The position numbers and the translations under genes are program-made. The notes beneath the pieces are model-generated. The model saw nothing but the letters and a program-made list of their open reading frames with translations, had not been told where the DNA came from and did no database searches. From positions 1 to 64,000 of the forward strand of contig JAUCBJ010009146.1 of assembly GCA_032718475.1 (NCBI GenBank): a stretch of 64,000 bases of DNA, written 5' to 3'. Source of the stretch: Nemertoderma westbladi. Taxonomy: Eukaryota > Animalia > Xenacoelomorpha. Of this stretch, positions 37,295-49,609 are shown piece after piece; position 1 is the stretch's first letter, and the number at the start of each line of letters is the position of its first letter.

Positions 37295-38385
37295 TTTATA
37301 GCCAAAAACAATTACCAATTGATGGAAAGGAGCAGGTTACAGAGGCGGGCCTTTCTAACCAAAACAATAAACGATCATTTAACTAATTGAGGGAAAGGAG
37401 CGGGTTACAGAGGCGGGATTTTCTAACTAAAACAATAAGCAGTCACTTTACCAAATCAGGGAAAGGAGCAGGTTAAAGAGACGGGATTTTCTAACCAAAA
37501 CAATAAACGATAACATTTCCAATTGAGATAAAGGAGCAGGTTACATAGGCGGGTTTTTCTAACCAAAACAATAAACGATCACTTAATTAATTGAGGGAAA
37601 GGAGCAGGTTACAGAGGCGGGATTTTCTAACCAAAACAATAAACGATCATTTAACTAATTGAGGGAAAGGGGCAGGTTACAGTAGCGGAATTTTCTAACC
37701 AAAACAATAAACGATCACTTAACTAATTGAGGGAAAGGAGCAGGTTACAGAGGCGGGATTTTGTAACCAAAACAATAATAAACGATCATTTAACAAATTG
37801 AGGGGAAGGGGTAGGTTACAGAGGCGGAATTTTCTAACCAAAACAATAAACGATCATTTAACTAATTGAGGGAAAGGGGCAGGTTACAGAGGCGGGATTT
37901 TCTAACCAAAAAAATAAACAGTCACTTTACTAAATGAAGGAAAGGAGCAGGTTGCAGAGGCGGGCCTTTCTAACCAAAACAATAATAAACGGTCACTTTA
38001 CCAAATCAGGGAAAGCAGCAGGTTACAGAGACGACTTTCTAACCAAAACAATAATTTAACTAATTGAGGGAAAGGGGCAGGTTACAGAGGCGGGATTTTC
38101 TAACCAAAACAATAAACAGTCATTTTACTAAATGAAGGAAAGGAGCAGGTTACAGAGGCGGGCCTTTCTAACCAAAACAATAAACGGTAACTTTACCAAA
38201 TCAGGGAAAGGAGCAGGTTACAGAGGCGGGATTTTCTAACCAAAACAATAAACAGTCACTTTACTAAATGAAGGAAAGGAACAGGTTACAGAGGCGGGCC
38301 TTTCTAACCAAAACAATAAACGGTCACTTTACCAATTCAGGGAAAGGAGCAGGTTACAGAGGCGGGATTTTCTAACCAAAACAAC
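37295..38385. repeat. 68-bp satellite, ~16 diverged copies
   Basis: Unit GGGAAAGGAGCAGGTTACAGAGGCGGGATTTTCTAACCAAAACAATAAACGATCATTTAACTAATTGA, with starts at 37391, 37459 and onward. Confidence 0.95.
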
Positions 38386-38544
38386 CGGTCAGCCGGTAGG
38401 CATACCAGTACCGTATTTAAATGGTAGGCTACACAGTAGGCCTACACAGCAGTACCGGTGCCGGTACCGGTACTAAAATACCTAAAATACCTGCTTTATA
38501 CCTATACATCTGTACATGCAATACTTCAAAATAGTGCTCTTTAT

Positions 38545-38742
38545 ACTAATACCGGTACTGATAGCCTGAGAGAACAGCAGTAGAGAAACCGATAGCATGG
38601 AACCTAACGGTAAATTTCTGGTGGACATAAAAAGTAAAAAAAAACTAATACCGGTACTGATAGCCTGAGAGAACAGCAGTAGAGAAACCGGTAGCATGGA
38701 ACCTAACGGTAGATTTCTGGAGGACATAAAAAGTAAAAAAAA
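38545..38742. repeat. 99-bp tandem duplication
   Basis: ACTAATACCGGTACTGATAGCCTGAGAGAACAGCAG... at 38545 and 38644. Confidence 0.9.
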
Positions 38743-39189
38743 GGACAAAAAAAGGATTTAAACGGACAATAAAAATTATTGCGTATTATATGTTAAGAAA
38801 TTCACAAAGAAGGACAGACTGACACGACGGTTTTCAATATCTGTGCGAATGTTTATTCCCTTAGCATTCTCATTGCTGCTTCTATCAGTCTAATGTTAGT
38901 GCCATATACTGTAGCAACCAACAACATTCTATAGCCAGGTTGGTGGAAAAACAGTTCAAAAATAAATTACGGTTGGTTAGTTTTCCAAGCTCCGTCAAGA
39001 AGAGTTAACTGGTTAATACAGTAGCAGTAGGTACTTCACTGCTGGCGCATCCCGGGGCTGGCGGACTGTCACCGGCTGTCAATCATCCTGGACCTGTCCT
39101 GCATTGTTTATTTGACATAAGCTGATAAGGTTGCCCGCAGCCACACTCTTTAAATCACTTAGCTTTAAGTAGGCCTACCTGTCTTCAGT

Positions 39190-42125
39190 CTGAGAGATTG
39201 AGATTGTTTATTGCGCAATAGTCAAATATATGGTTATGGTTAATTATGACATAAACACCAATTAATTAAATATCCATAAATATTAACAGCACTTATTTAT
39301 TTAGTGGTTACATCGAGCTGCGCGGGGATAACCTCATGAGTTATTCAACTCGTTTCCATGAAGGTCCCCGAATGTATCAGTTAAGTCCAACATAATGTTA
39401 AAAACGTAAATAAACAAACTAATAAGAATATTCACGATTACGATACTATTAAAAATCTAATAAATGTAAAAGGTCTTTTTGGTTAAATATTCTAAAATTT
39501 TATAAAATCGTTTGAAAATCATTCTAAAAAATATAGTTGACATGTAAGTTGACATAAAATATAGATACATAGTATGTATCTATATTTTATGTCAACTTAC
39601 ATGTCAAAGCGACGACAGTGTATGTATGTATTACATACATACACTGTCGTCGCTTTACTAAAATTTATTTATTTAAGTTAAAGCGAATTGAATTAAAATC
39701 TTAAAATATTTAAAAAAGGCTTTTAATGGTTAAAGCTCTCAACAACGCAAATAAGTAGTTAATAGGGCTCTAACTGGCTGACTGTAACTTACTGATAGCA
39801 GTATTTAAATAATAATATAGATTTTCATTTTCAGCGGCCATTCACTAATATCTGTTATTGAATTTTAAATAAAAATGTAGTCATTATTTTCATTTTCAGC
39901 TGCCATTGACAAAAGGTATCTTTTTACAGAGTGTTTGAAAGTTTCCAGAGTTTCACAGCTGCGAGTAACCAATGGTAGACCGTTCCAACCAACGGCCCCG
40001 CGGTACGAAAAGGAACTGCACCCTCTAACCAGGTTACGGCGAGGTATGACAGCCCGGTCCTCGCCTCCCGATCGCAGCCCAGAGTGACCCTCGGAGAAGG
40101 AGACGATTTCGCTTAGGTAAGTAGGCGCTATTCCGCGGTAAATTTTGTACATCATCGTTACAAGCAACTGTTCAATGCGATATTCCACAGGTAGCCACGA
40201 TAACTCTTTGAAGTGTGCAACAGATACGTGAGCACGCCGGTCGAGATCAAGACAAGATCGCACACATTTTCTCTGTAACGCTCGGAGTTTACCCTGCAAG
40301 TGAGTGGACGAACTGAAGTACCAGCATGCTGACATGAAGTCGAGGTGAGGCTGGATCAAGGAGTTACATAGTAGACGCTTTGTGTAGCGGTTCAGGGACC
40401 CACCAAAGCGATACATAAAGCGTAACGTCGCATTGCCTTTTTTTATTATCTTCAACGCCATGACGTCACCAGAAAGTAATTGGTTCATGCAGCAGCCGAG
40501 GTACTTTACTTCAGAAACTTGGCGTATAGGGATATTATTGCAGTGTACAATGAGTTCAGATGCGGAGGCTAATCGCTGGGGAGTCCCAAACAAGATACAT
40601 TCCGTCTTCTTAAAGTTGAGGCTAAGTTTATTGTCCACGGCCCACCAGTAGACCCTGGTTAATTGTTTGCTAAGCTTTGGTATATTAGAATGAGAGACCG
40701 TGAGGTTCGCATTGTCGGCCAATTTCATTGATATACAGTTCGGTTCAATGGAAGCAGTTGCTATCGTAGATGTAGAAGGGCTAGTTGAAATAGGTTCCAC
40801 ATAGTCCTTAGTTGCGATGTTCATGTCATTTATGTAGATAATGAACAGTAGAACTGCTAACAAACTTCCTTGCGGCACCCCACATGTTATAGCCATATAA
40901 TCTGAAGACACATTTCCAATAGTCACTGTCTGCATTCGGTGTTCCAGGTAGGATCGAAACCAGGCCACTGTTTCTGGAGAGAGACCAATGAGTACGAGTT
41001 TCGCTAGCAGCCGCTCGTGGTTCACAGTATCGAAGGCCTTTCGCAGGTCGATGAAAACAACTCCTGTGTATTTACCGTCATCCATAGCCTCTCGTATATG
41101 ATTAGACAGATATAACAGACATGTCTCAGGCGAGTAACCCTTCCTGTAGCCAGACTGTAGTTGATCATACAGATTATTGTTAATGATATATTCAGTCATT
41201 TGATCATATGCGATCCCCTCAATTACCTTTGATAGGACAGCTAAGAGTGACACAGGTCGATAATTCCCACGCTCTAGGTGCGTTTCCTTCTTATATACCG
41301 GATTAACCCTTGCTATTTTGAAGGCTTTTGGAAATTTTGACTGGGAAAATGATAGGTTGATTAAATGAGTCATAGGCCCTGCGATGGTTTCTCCACAATC
41401 CCTAAGGAAGCTTGGTGTTAGGCCATCTAGTCCTGGACTTTTATCTATCTTTAGGGCAGATAGTTTTTTAGCAACAGTTTGATCATCAACGTGTTGGAAT
41501 TTGAAACTATTTAGGATAACACCCTTCTTCCTGTAAAATTTTGCAACACCTTCAAGATCGAACGCACCGCTTGATTGGGGAAGATTGTTCACCAAATTTG
41601 AAGCAATTGATGAAAAGAACTCATTGAATTTAGTGGCCATTAGCTTCTGATCTGTTATTAGTTCATTATTAACCATCAGAGAAGTCACCATAGTGGATGA
41701 GACATTCTTACACGGGGCACCCAAATCCTTTAGTGTCTTCCATAGTTTCTTCGAATCATTTCTGTAGGAATTTATTTTCTCCTTAATATACTCTTTTTTG
41801 GCTCTGCGCACTGCAGTTGTTGCTTCATTTACCGCATCTTTATAAGTTTGGCAGTTTACATTCGTTTTCGAGTTTATATAAGCATTCTCATATAAGCATA
41901 TTATATAAGCATTGTTTTTCTCAGCAATTATCGTTCGTACTGTAGAGTCAAGCCATTGGTCCGAACGACTTTTGATCCGCATCGTTCTCATTGGTCTCAT
42001 TCATGAGTATCTAGAGTTGCTTGTAATATTTCTATAAGGTTTTCAATACCAGAATTAACGTCAGTAGCTGATTTTACATCAGCAAAAGAAGAGTTAGTTA
42101 GTAGCATCTAGACAGCAGAGTCTTT
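39190..42125 (-). mobile_element. 5'-truncated L2/Crack-like LINE (RT ORF 39865-42000), probably inactive
   Basis: NYRPVSLL, DLRKAFDTV and GVPQGS present, but the catalytic motif reads LADN. No endonuclease domain. 3'UTR stem-loop and short (CAATCT)n tail present. Confidence 0.9.
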
Positions 42126-42789
42126 TTTCATGTCTTCTGCATGCGTGCTGTGCATACTTCTTACTGGTCTGCAATGCCTAATCTCTAAAATCACATACAG
42201 ATTATTCTCAATAGGAATCCATTACATACGCACATACGCGTATGTACATACGGATAAGGCAAATGCATACGGATACGGCGAAAAGTTATACCCAAACAAA
42301 TGTAGTGTATTCCTATGGGCTGTTCAGCTGTTTGGTCGTTTTGGCGAAGCGATTTAACTCGACTCAGCGAAGACCAGACAGTCCGTCTCCTTGGCCATCC
42401 ATTTGGTTACTCTGACTAAATGTCGGCTCGCTTTCATTTTTCTTATTGACAGATTGTTAACTTACCCGGAGCTGAGTCGGGCATTGCAGTTGTAGTAGAG
42501 GCCACCCACTGAGGCATTGATACAGCACAGGCTAGCTCTGGCTCTGTGCTAACTCAGAGTTGGCATAATTAGGTGATTTTATGATTATGTAATTATTATT
42601 TATCGAGACAGGGGGGGGGGGGGATTGGACGCAAAACTCGCCTTGGCGAATTAATATCCCGCCTCAATGTTATATTCTCAATTTAGGGAAAGGAGCAGGT
42701 TACAGTGGCACGTTATTCTAACCAAAACAATGCATTAAACATAAATGAACAGGTTACAGTTTTATTTTTGATAGTACTGTATAGGTCTT

Positions 42790-43412
42790 TACAATGGCAA
42801 ATAAAACACATTTTAAAAGTGAATTAGAAAATCAATTAAGATTATACACGCTAAAAACAGATGAAACACATATTTATACAGGAAAGTTATTTAAAAATAT
42901 TCAATAGAAAGTATAATAAACACATAATTATGGCAAAAATATAACTAAAAACGGATCTTTAAATAAAAAATTAAAAATATGTACACGTCACAAACAATAG
43001 TCACAATCTCACAAACAATAGTTACAGTGGATACAAAATAAAATAAATAAAAAAACATAAAAAACCATAGCAATGCATAGTTAGTTTGAAAGGGTTAATA
43101 TAATAAGGTAATATAAATAGCGTTGTAGGGTGAAATTTGCAATGGCTACCTGTCTCACTGGTGTATCACTGAAAATATTTAATTTTGTGGCCATTTCACT
43201 GTCAAGTCTTGTTTTAAACATATTCAGACAAGGGTTACCGTTTATGTCCCGCGCATTCACTACTGACTCTGAAAGGAGGTTCCATGTATTCACGACTCGA
43301 TCTGCAAAGTTATTACACCTGCGTAGTGATCTACAGCCGGATCGTTTAAACAGAGCGAGTGATGAGCCAAGTGTTCTATAACTATGTAGTTCACTCCTAA
43401 ACTGAAAGAAGT
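42790..43412 (-). mobile_element. CR1-type LINE 3' fragment
   Basis: C-terminal NFADRVVNTWNLLSESVVNA...NMFKTRLD motif followed by a T-rich 3'UTR. The lower boundary is approximate. Confidence 0.7.
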
Positions 43413-43433
43413 TAGTTTACTAACTCATGCTAA

Positions 43434-43582
43434 ATGTAATAACCAAGGACTACTATACTGAAGGACTGGCACAGCGACAGCGGTAAATCCGTAGGCCTTG
43501 AGTAATCCGGACCCGCTCGGGGTTCGGATTATGGATTACTGCTGTGCCAGTCCTTCAGTATATTAGTCCTTGGTAATAACAT
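43434..43582. mobile_element. Small hairpin MITE (~150 bp)
   Basis: ACCAAGGACTACTATACTGAAGGACTGGCACAGC is inverted to GCTGTGCCAGTCCTTCAGTATATTAGTCCTTGGT. Confidence 0.8.
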
Positions 43583-44534
43583 AACCTAGAATATACTGCT
43601 AAGGTGCTAAAGCTATAGGCCTAGCAAAGCAATACTGCATTAGGCCTACAGCAATATACAGCACAGCAATAACTGAGTAACATATACTGTAATACAGTAA
43701 TAGGGGCCTAGATAGGTTAAAAAAAACCGACTTTCAATATTGATGTTACTACATATATGAGAATTTGTTCCAAATTGTGTAAAAACTCGATGAATATGAA
43801 TAATAGTGATCAAAAATGTGCAGAACTACTCCCATGGTGACCTTCATACGATGAGAAAAACGCTCCGCAGGCTGTTTTTGTTCGAATTTGAATGTTGCAG
43901 TGGGACTAGTTCCTGATATTATGAAATGTAGTTCCAAATATTATGAGATGAAAAAAAAGATTTATTTGGAACATATGCTATATTGGCTACAAATTGGCTG
44001 TTGTAGGAACTTTTCAAGTATACTTGCATATCATTAAAGTGGGATGAATGCACTCGCATATAATTCAATAAACACCATATTTTTGGAAAAGTTAATTTGA
44101 TTCCAGAGACTGAGAGGTGGTCATCAGACCATTCTGCCATTGAGCAGTTGAGTGTTTGTATGCAGATTCGTATGTATGCAGTGCCCACTTCTAATTAGTA
44201 CTGGTACAGTACTTACACTGACTGACTGAGAGAGAGCTGGCATTTGGGCAGTGCTAAGTTTCAGAGTATAGTCATTTCCTTGTATGTGAACACTACCGGT
44301 AGGCCTATAGCATATTATAGCTCGTTATAGGTGGTTATAGATGGTTATATATTTTATTCCTACCAGATAAGGACAGACGTTTTAGCCATCCTAGTTGGGC
44401 CTCGGAAAGACAGGTGTATTAGCCTATATGTACAAATTTTTATATTTCTGCCACTCAATATTTTACTATTTATGAAAGTTGAAGTTGAAAAGACCCATTG
44501 TTGTAATCTCTAACTATATACCGATATATATATA

Positions 44535-45593
44535 ATGGATTTGTCGCCATCCCTAGGTTCAAGTCGCCAAGCGCAAGGTGGAAGTGGAAGGCGCAACTCT
44601 ATCAATACAACCGGGACCGGAAAAATCGATAAACAAAAAAAGACAACCCTTAATCCCTCGGCTGCTCCCAAGAAGTTTGTAAGGACCAGTGTTGAGTGTA
44701 CTTTCTGCACATCTGTTTGGACAGAAATCTCTGTACCAGTCGAGATCTCCAAACAAAACGATTTCGCTACCAAAAAATTTGCTTGTGGGTTCTGTGCAGC
44801 TAATCATATTGTTACCTTGGAGGATGACAACCTGCTACTCAACCAAGAAGTAGAATCAAAAAAGAATACCGTCAAAGATAACATTCGTTCACTAACTGAA
44901 ATAGAAGGTGAGGAAAAGCTAGTTGTGGGACGTGAATTGTCGGTGTTTCGTTGTGAAATTGAGACACTTTTGAATGAGGTAGAAGCAAACTATGTCAAAC
45001 TACAATCGAAAGTGGACAACATTGAGTCCATTGCATCATTTCCTCCCCTTTCTCCCGGGAATGATGGTGATGAAGATAGTGGGGGTACATGGGTGGAAAT
45101 TGTAAAACGCAACGCAAAACATTTGGAAGACTTAAATAAGAAAATTGTGCAACAAAAGGTGGAACCCTCTAGTAACAGTATAGAGAAGGTAATCCGACTT
45201 AATGACCAATGGAAACGGAATGTCATTATACATGGAGTACCTGGCGATGGTGCAAGTAACACAGCTATGAAGCGTGAAGCTGATAATAAGTTCCTAGAAG
45301 AGTCTCTGAATGAAAGATTACCCTACTATGGAATCCATCGACTAGGTAAACCAAGACAGGATAACAACCCTCGTCCACTGCTTCTTACATTTAATTCCAT
45401 TGAAGAGGCATTGAAGGTTATATCCCGGAAGGTATTCGTAGGTGGTAGCAACCGATTATATTTCAACAAAGATTTGTCTAAATTTGAACGCGAGATGGAA
45501 TATCAATTTAGGCAGAAACGACGTATCTCCCGCCAACGATCACAATCCACGAGATTGGATGTGACTAGAAACGAAGCTGAACGTCTAGATTGA
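44535..45593 (+). CDS. LINE ORF1, 352 aa
   Basis: CxxC...CxxC, coiled coil, then KRNVIIHGV...HRLGK...RPLLLTF...YFNKDLSKFER. Confidence 0.85.
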   Translation: MDLSPSLGSSRQAQGGSGRRNSINTTGTGKIDKQKKTTLNPSAAPKKFVRTSVECTFCTSVWTEISVPVEISKQNDFATKKFACGFCAANHIVTLEDDNLLLNQEVESKKNTVKDNIRSLTEIEGEEKLVVGRELSVFRCEIETLLNEVEANYVKLQSKVDNIESIASFPPLSPGNDGDEDSGGTWVEIVKRNAKHLEDLNKKIVQQKVEPSSNSIEKVIRLNDQWKRNVIIHGVPGDGASNTAMKREADNKFLEESLNERLPYYGIHRLGKPRQDNNPRPLLLTFNSIEEALKVISRKVFVGGSNRLYFNKDLSKFEREMEYQFRQKRRISRQRSQSTRLDVTRNEAERLD

Positions 45594-48500
45594 CTACCTA
45601 CTGCAGATGCTTCTTACTGCCTCGCTACCACATGTGAGGAACATTCAGTTGGCTCACACCCATACCCCTGGCTATTAAACTTTGAACGGAGTGGAATACA
45701 CTTTCTTCATATAAACATAAACAGTCTACGATATAAAGTACATGAATTAAGTGTAATGTTGAACCCTCCAGTTATCCATGTTATTGCAATAACTGAAACT
45801 AAACTAGATGACTCAATAACAAACCAACAAGTAAAGATTGATGGATATGATATATATAGGAGAGACAGAACTGGGAATGGAGGGGGGGTTGCACTCTATG
45901 TACGTAAACACTTACCATTTGAGGTGAAGCCCCAGTCATATGCCACTCCTTCTGAACTGTTAATTGGCGAATTATACCTTCCTAAGACGAAACCGATACT
46001 CATTGGAGTAATTTATAAACCCGATGCTGACTATTCTATATTCGAAAACCTCGAAATAACTGCAGGTGATTTATCACGCTATAAAGAGGTAATAATAATG
46101 GGTGATACTAATACAAATATGATGTCTGTGATAAATCCATTAACGGGTGAGATAGTCAAAAATCCACTAGGAATACAACATATCGATAACAACCTGAAAC
46201 AACTATTGCAATTCTGCGAGTCGAACAGTATAGTTCAATTAATACGGGAGCCAACTCGAGTAACTTCAACAACTGCCACTCTATTGGACCATATCTTTGT
46301 TTCAAACCCAAATATGGTAATTACTTCTGGAGTAATTAAGGATACGTTAAGTGATCATTACATGGTGTTTGCAACTAGAAAACGTAAAAAATGTTGTCCT
46401 AAGGAACCAAAATATATCAAGTGTAGATCCTATAATGAATATACTGCTGAGAAACTTATATTCGAATTGCATAACAATAGAGAAATAGATAAGATAGCAA
46501 CTACTACCGATGTGGATGAGGCAACCAATATTTTAACGTTAGCTCTGAATACTGCTCTAGATAAACTAGCACCCAAACGCGAGTATCGAGTTCGATGTCA
46601 TTCTCAGCCCTGGGTGGATACTGAGGTCAAAGAAGCCATTATTAATAGAAATAAACAAACCCATAGATTCCAAGAACACGCAGCCATAATGATGAACAAC
46701 TTCTAAAACAAACCCGCAATGAAACTACAACTATAATTAGAAAGAAGAAGACTGCGTATATCAAAGAGAAAATTGCATTGGCTGGTAAAGACAGTAAAAA
46801 ACTTTGGAAAGCATTGAAAGACATTGGACCCCATTCAAAAAAACAAAAAGAGGATCCCTCAACTCCTACCGTTTTTAAAATAGACGGAAATATATGTAGC
46901 AACACCGAAGATGTATGTAATTATTTTAATGATTACTTTTTAACAATAGCAGATGAGCTCGTAAGTAAGTTTCCGCCACCTAGTGGAAACTACGATATTC
47001 CGAAGGTGGTGGACTATTACAAAAAACTGGGAGTTGTGGAAAATTCTTTCGAATTACACCCTACGACATATGACGAGGTTTACAAAATATGTTCTAGGGT
47101 TGATGTTTCTAAAGCCACTGGATTGGATGAGATACCGGCAAAGATAATAAAGGATGGGTTATCAGTCATTATATCCCCCCTACTGCATATTATTAACCAA
47201 TCTATAATAACCACTAAGTACCGTACAAGTTACAAGATTGCTCATGTAAAGACTGCATATAAAAGCAGTGGTTCGCGACTAGAGAGAGGAAACTTTCGCC
47301 CTCTCTCATTACTTCCAATAATGTCTAAAATACTTGAAAGAGTTGCATTTAACCAGCTGCAAGACACTATATCAATAACAAACTAATAAATAAACTTCAG
47401 TCGGGCTTTCGGGAGGGATATTCAACTGAAACGGCATTAATCTTTGTAGATAGCGCTATTAGAAATGGTATGGACAATGGCAAACTCACTGGTATGGTCA
47501 CTATAGACTTTCGAAAAGCCTTTGACTGTGTGAATCACAATATATTGTTAGAAAAACTAAAGGCTATGGGCGCTACCGATAAAACAAAAGATTGGTTCGA
47601 ATCATATCTTTCTGGTAGACAACAGTTCGTTGCTATTGGCAACACACGATCGGAGACTAAACCTGTTAAAAATGGTGTTCCCCAGGGATCTATCTTGGGA
47701 GTTCTACTGTACCAAGGAGACACTAACGACTTCCACATGGTAAGAGGATGACACCCTGGACCCAACCTTTGCCCATGACACAAACTTAATAAAAACCAAT
47801 GATGACTCAGAATTAATTTCTAAAAGTTTGAGTTCAACAATGGACAGAGTATTCGACTGGTGTGTACAAAATAAACTGACAATAAACTTTGATAAGACCT
47901 ACAGCATACTCATTGGAACACACCAAAAGATAGCTTCCTCTCCTGAACTAGAAGTCTATTGTGGTGGGCAATGTATAAAAAATGCAAAATCGGTCACTTA
48001 CCTTGGCTCCGTGCTAGACCAACATCTAAGTGGGACCGAGATGGCCACAAAGGTAATAAAGAAATGTAACAATAGATTGAAGTTTTTACATAGATATGGC
48101 GGATTACTAGACTACTATACAAGACGTTTGCTATGCAATACACTGATACAACCACATATCGATTACGCCGCATCTACTTGGTTTTACAGCATAACTCAAC
48201 GCCTTCATAAGCAATTGGAAGCACTGCAGAGGAAATGTGTTAGATATTGCCTTGGTTACGGTCCTCGTGAACATATCGGAATCCAACACTTCAAAGAAAT
48301 AAATTGGCTCCCTCTAAACGAAAGAATAAAGGCAGTTATAGCATCACATATGTTCAAAATTGTTAACAACATATCACCCGATTACATGTCAGACCTCGTT
48401 AACCTTCGTTGTCAAACACGCTCACTGCGTTCTACTGAGTCATCAGCTGCGCTCCCCCATTGTACGACAGTTTGCGGCAAGAAAGCGTTCACTTACTTGG

Positions 48501-48640
48501 GCCCAAAAATTTGGAACGAACTGCCTCAAAGCTTAACGAACGTGAAAACTTTAGAAGTGTTCAAACACAACCTCAAAGACTACTACCTACAGCAGCTGCT
48601 AAGCGAAAATGCAAATGAATACATTTATTATGATTATTAA
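45594..48640 (+). pseudogene. LINE ORF2 (APE-RT), disrupted
   Basis: HININSL, TETKL, GDTN, LDHI, SDHY, NFRPLSLL, DFRKAFDCV and GVPQGS motifs. Frame breaks near 46670, 47370 and 47750. The catalytic motif reads FAHD. Confidence 0.9.
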
Positions 48641-49609
48641 TTAACATAACAAACATTGTATTTTATTGAACTTCATAATTATTTATTTTATAGGCTATAT
48701 TTTATATATTACAGTATTTTTATTATTGCATTTATTGCTATTTTTTATTGTATTTTTCAGTTACTTTTAGCATTTCATTGGCGCCATTCCATTTACATTA
48801 CAATTTTGGTGCAAATAATATTGTCTGCTGCATAGAGCACAGGGACCCTTATGGAAACGAGGTGAAACCTCATAAGGCTATCCCTCCATTTTAATCTAAT
48901 ATTGCACATTTTCTACTTGTTTTTTATTTTAAGGTTCTACTTGTTTTATTTTTGTCTACCTTGTTTTATTGATGTCTACCTTGTTTTATTTTGTCTACCT
49001 TGTTTTATTTTGTATACCTTGTTTTATTGTATAAAATTATACTGAGACTCCGAGTTAATTTTACTGGACATATGTGATAAGTTTTAAACTACGTGTTCGT
49101 ATTTTATTGTACCTTGTTAAATAAATTTTATTGTACCTTGTTAATATAAATTTCATTGTATATATATTTTAAACTGTAAATTTTATTTTATTTCAAGTTT
49201 AATGTATGTATATACACGTGATTTATTGTAAACTACTGTACAGAGTTAGACAATTTTATTACATAATTTCAAACATGTATTACCGTCCATTAATTTACAT
49301 AATTTACATAAAACAATGAAAAATAAATTACCGGTAAATTGTGATTTATATATATTATTTCAATATTGTGCAGTATGTATTTTTATATGGGAAAAAATTC
49401 AATCAATCAATCAATGTCATTGTAGCCCTATATGGTGACATACCAGCAGTATGTGACCACCTAGCCAGAGTAGTAGTATAGTAGTAATATATAGTAGTAA
49501 GATATAGTAGTAATATATAGTAGTAAGATATAGTAGTAATATACAATAGGTACATACATTGAATAGGACTAATGAATGTATCTTGCTGAAATATTATTAT
49601 TATCTGATA

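Larger units (their letters stand above)
35953..39185. mobile_element. Old foldback/non-autonomous TIR element (~150-bp imperfect inverted arms) enclosing a satellite
   Basis: AGACAGGTAGGCCTACTTAAAAG[MITE]...TGATTTAAAGAGTG...AAATAAACA...CAGCCCCGGGATGCGCCA (35953-36715) is mirrored at 39041-39185. Confidence 0.6.
44320..49415 (+). mobile_element. Full-length but decayed L2/Crack-like LINE nested in the DNA transposon
   Basis: ORF1 at 44535-45593. APE-RT ORF2 at 45594-48640 is broken by frameshifts. 3'UTR stem-loop at 48841-48885 and (TCAA)n tail ending ~49415. The 5' end is approximate. Confidence 0.9.

Noticed and set aside
35360-42348. One 7-kb element bounded by the inverted GCCGTATCC repeats
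   Set aside because: The arms are partial and differ internally, and no TSD is seen. Two independent partial copies explain them equally well.
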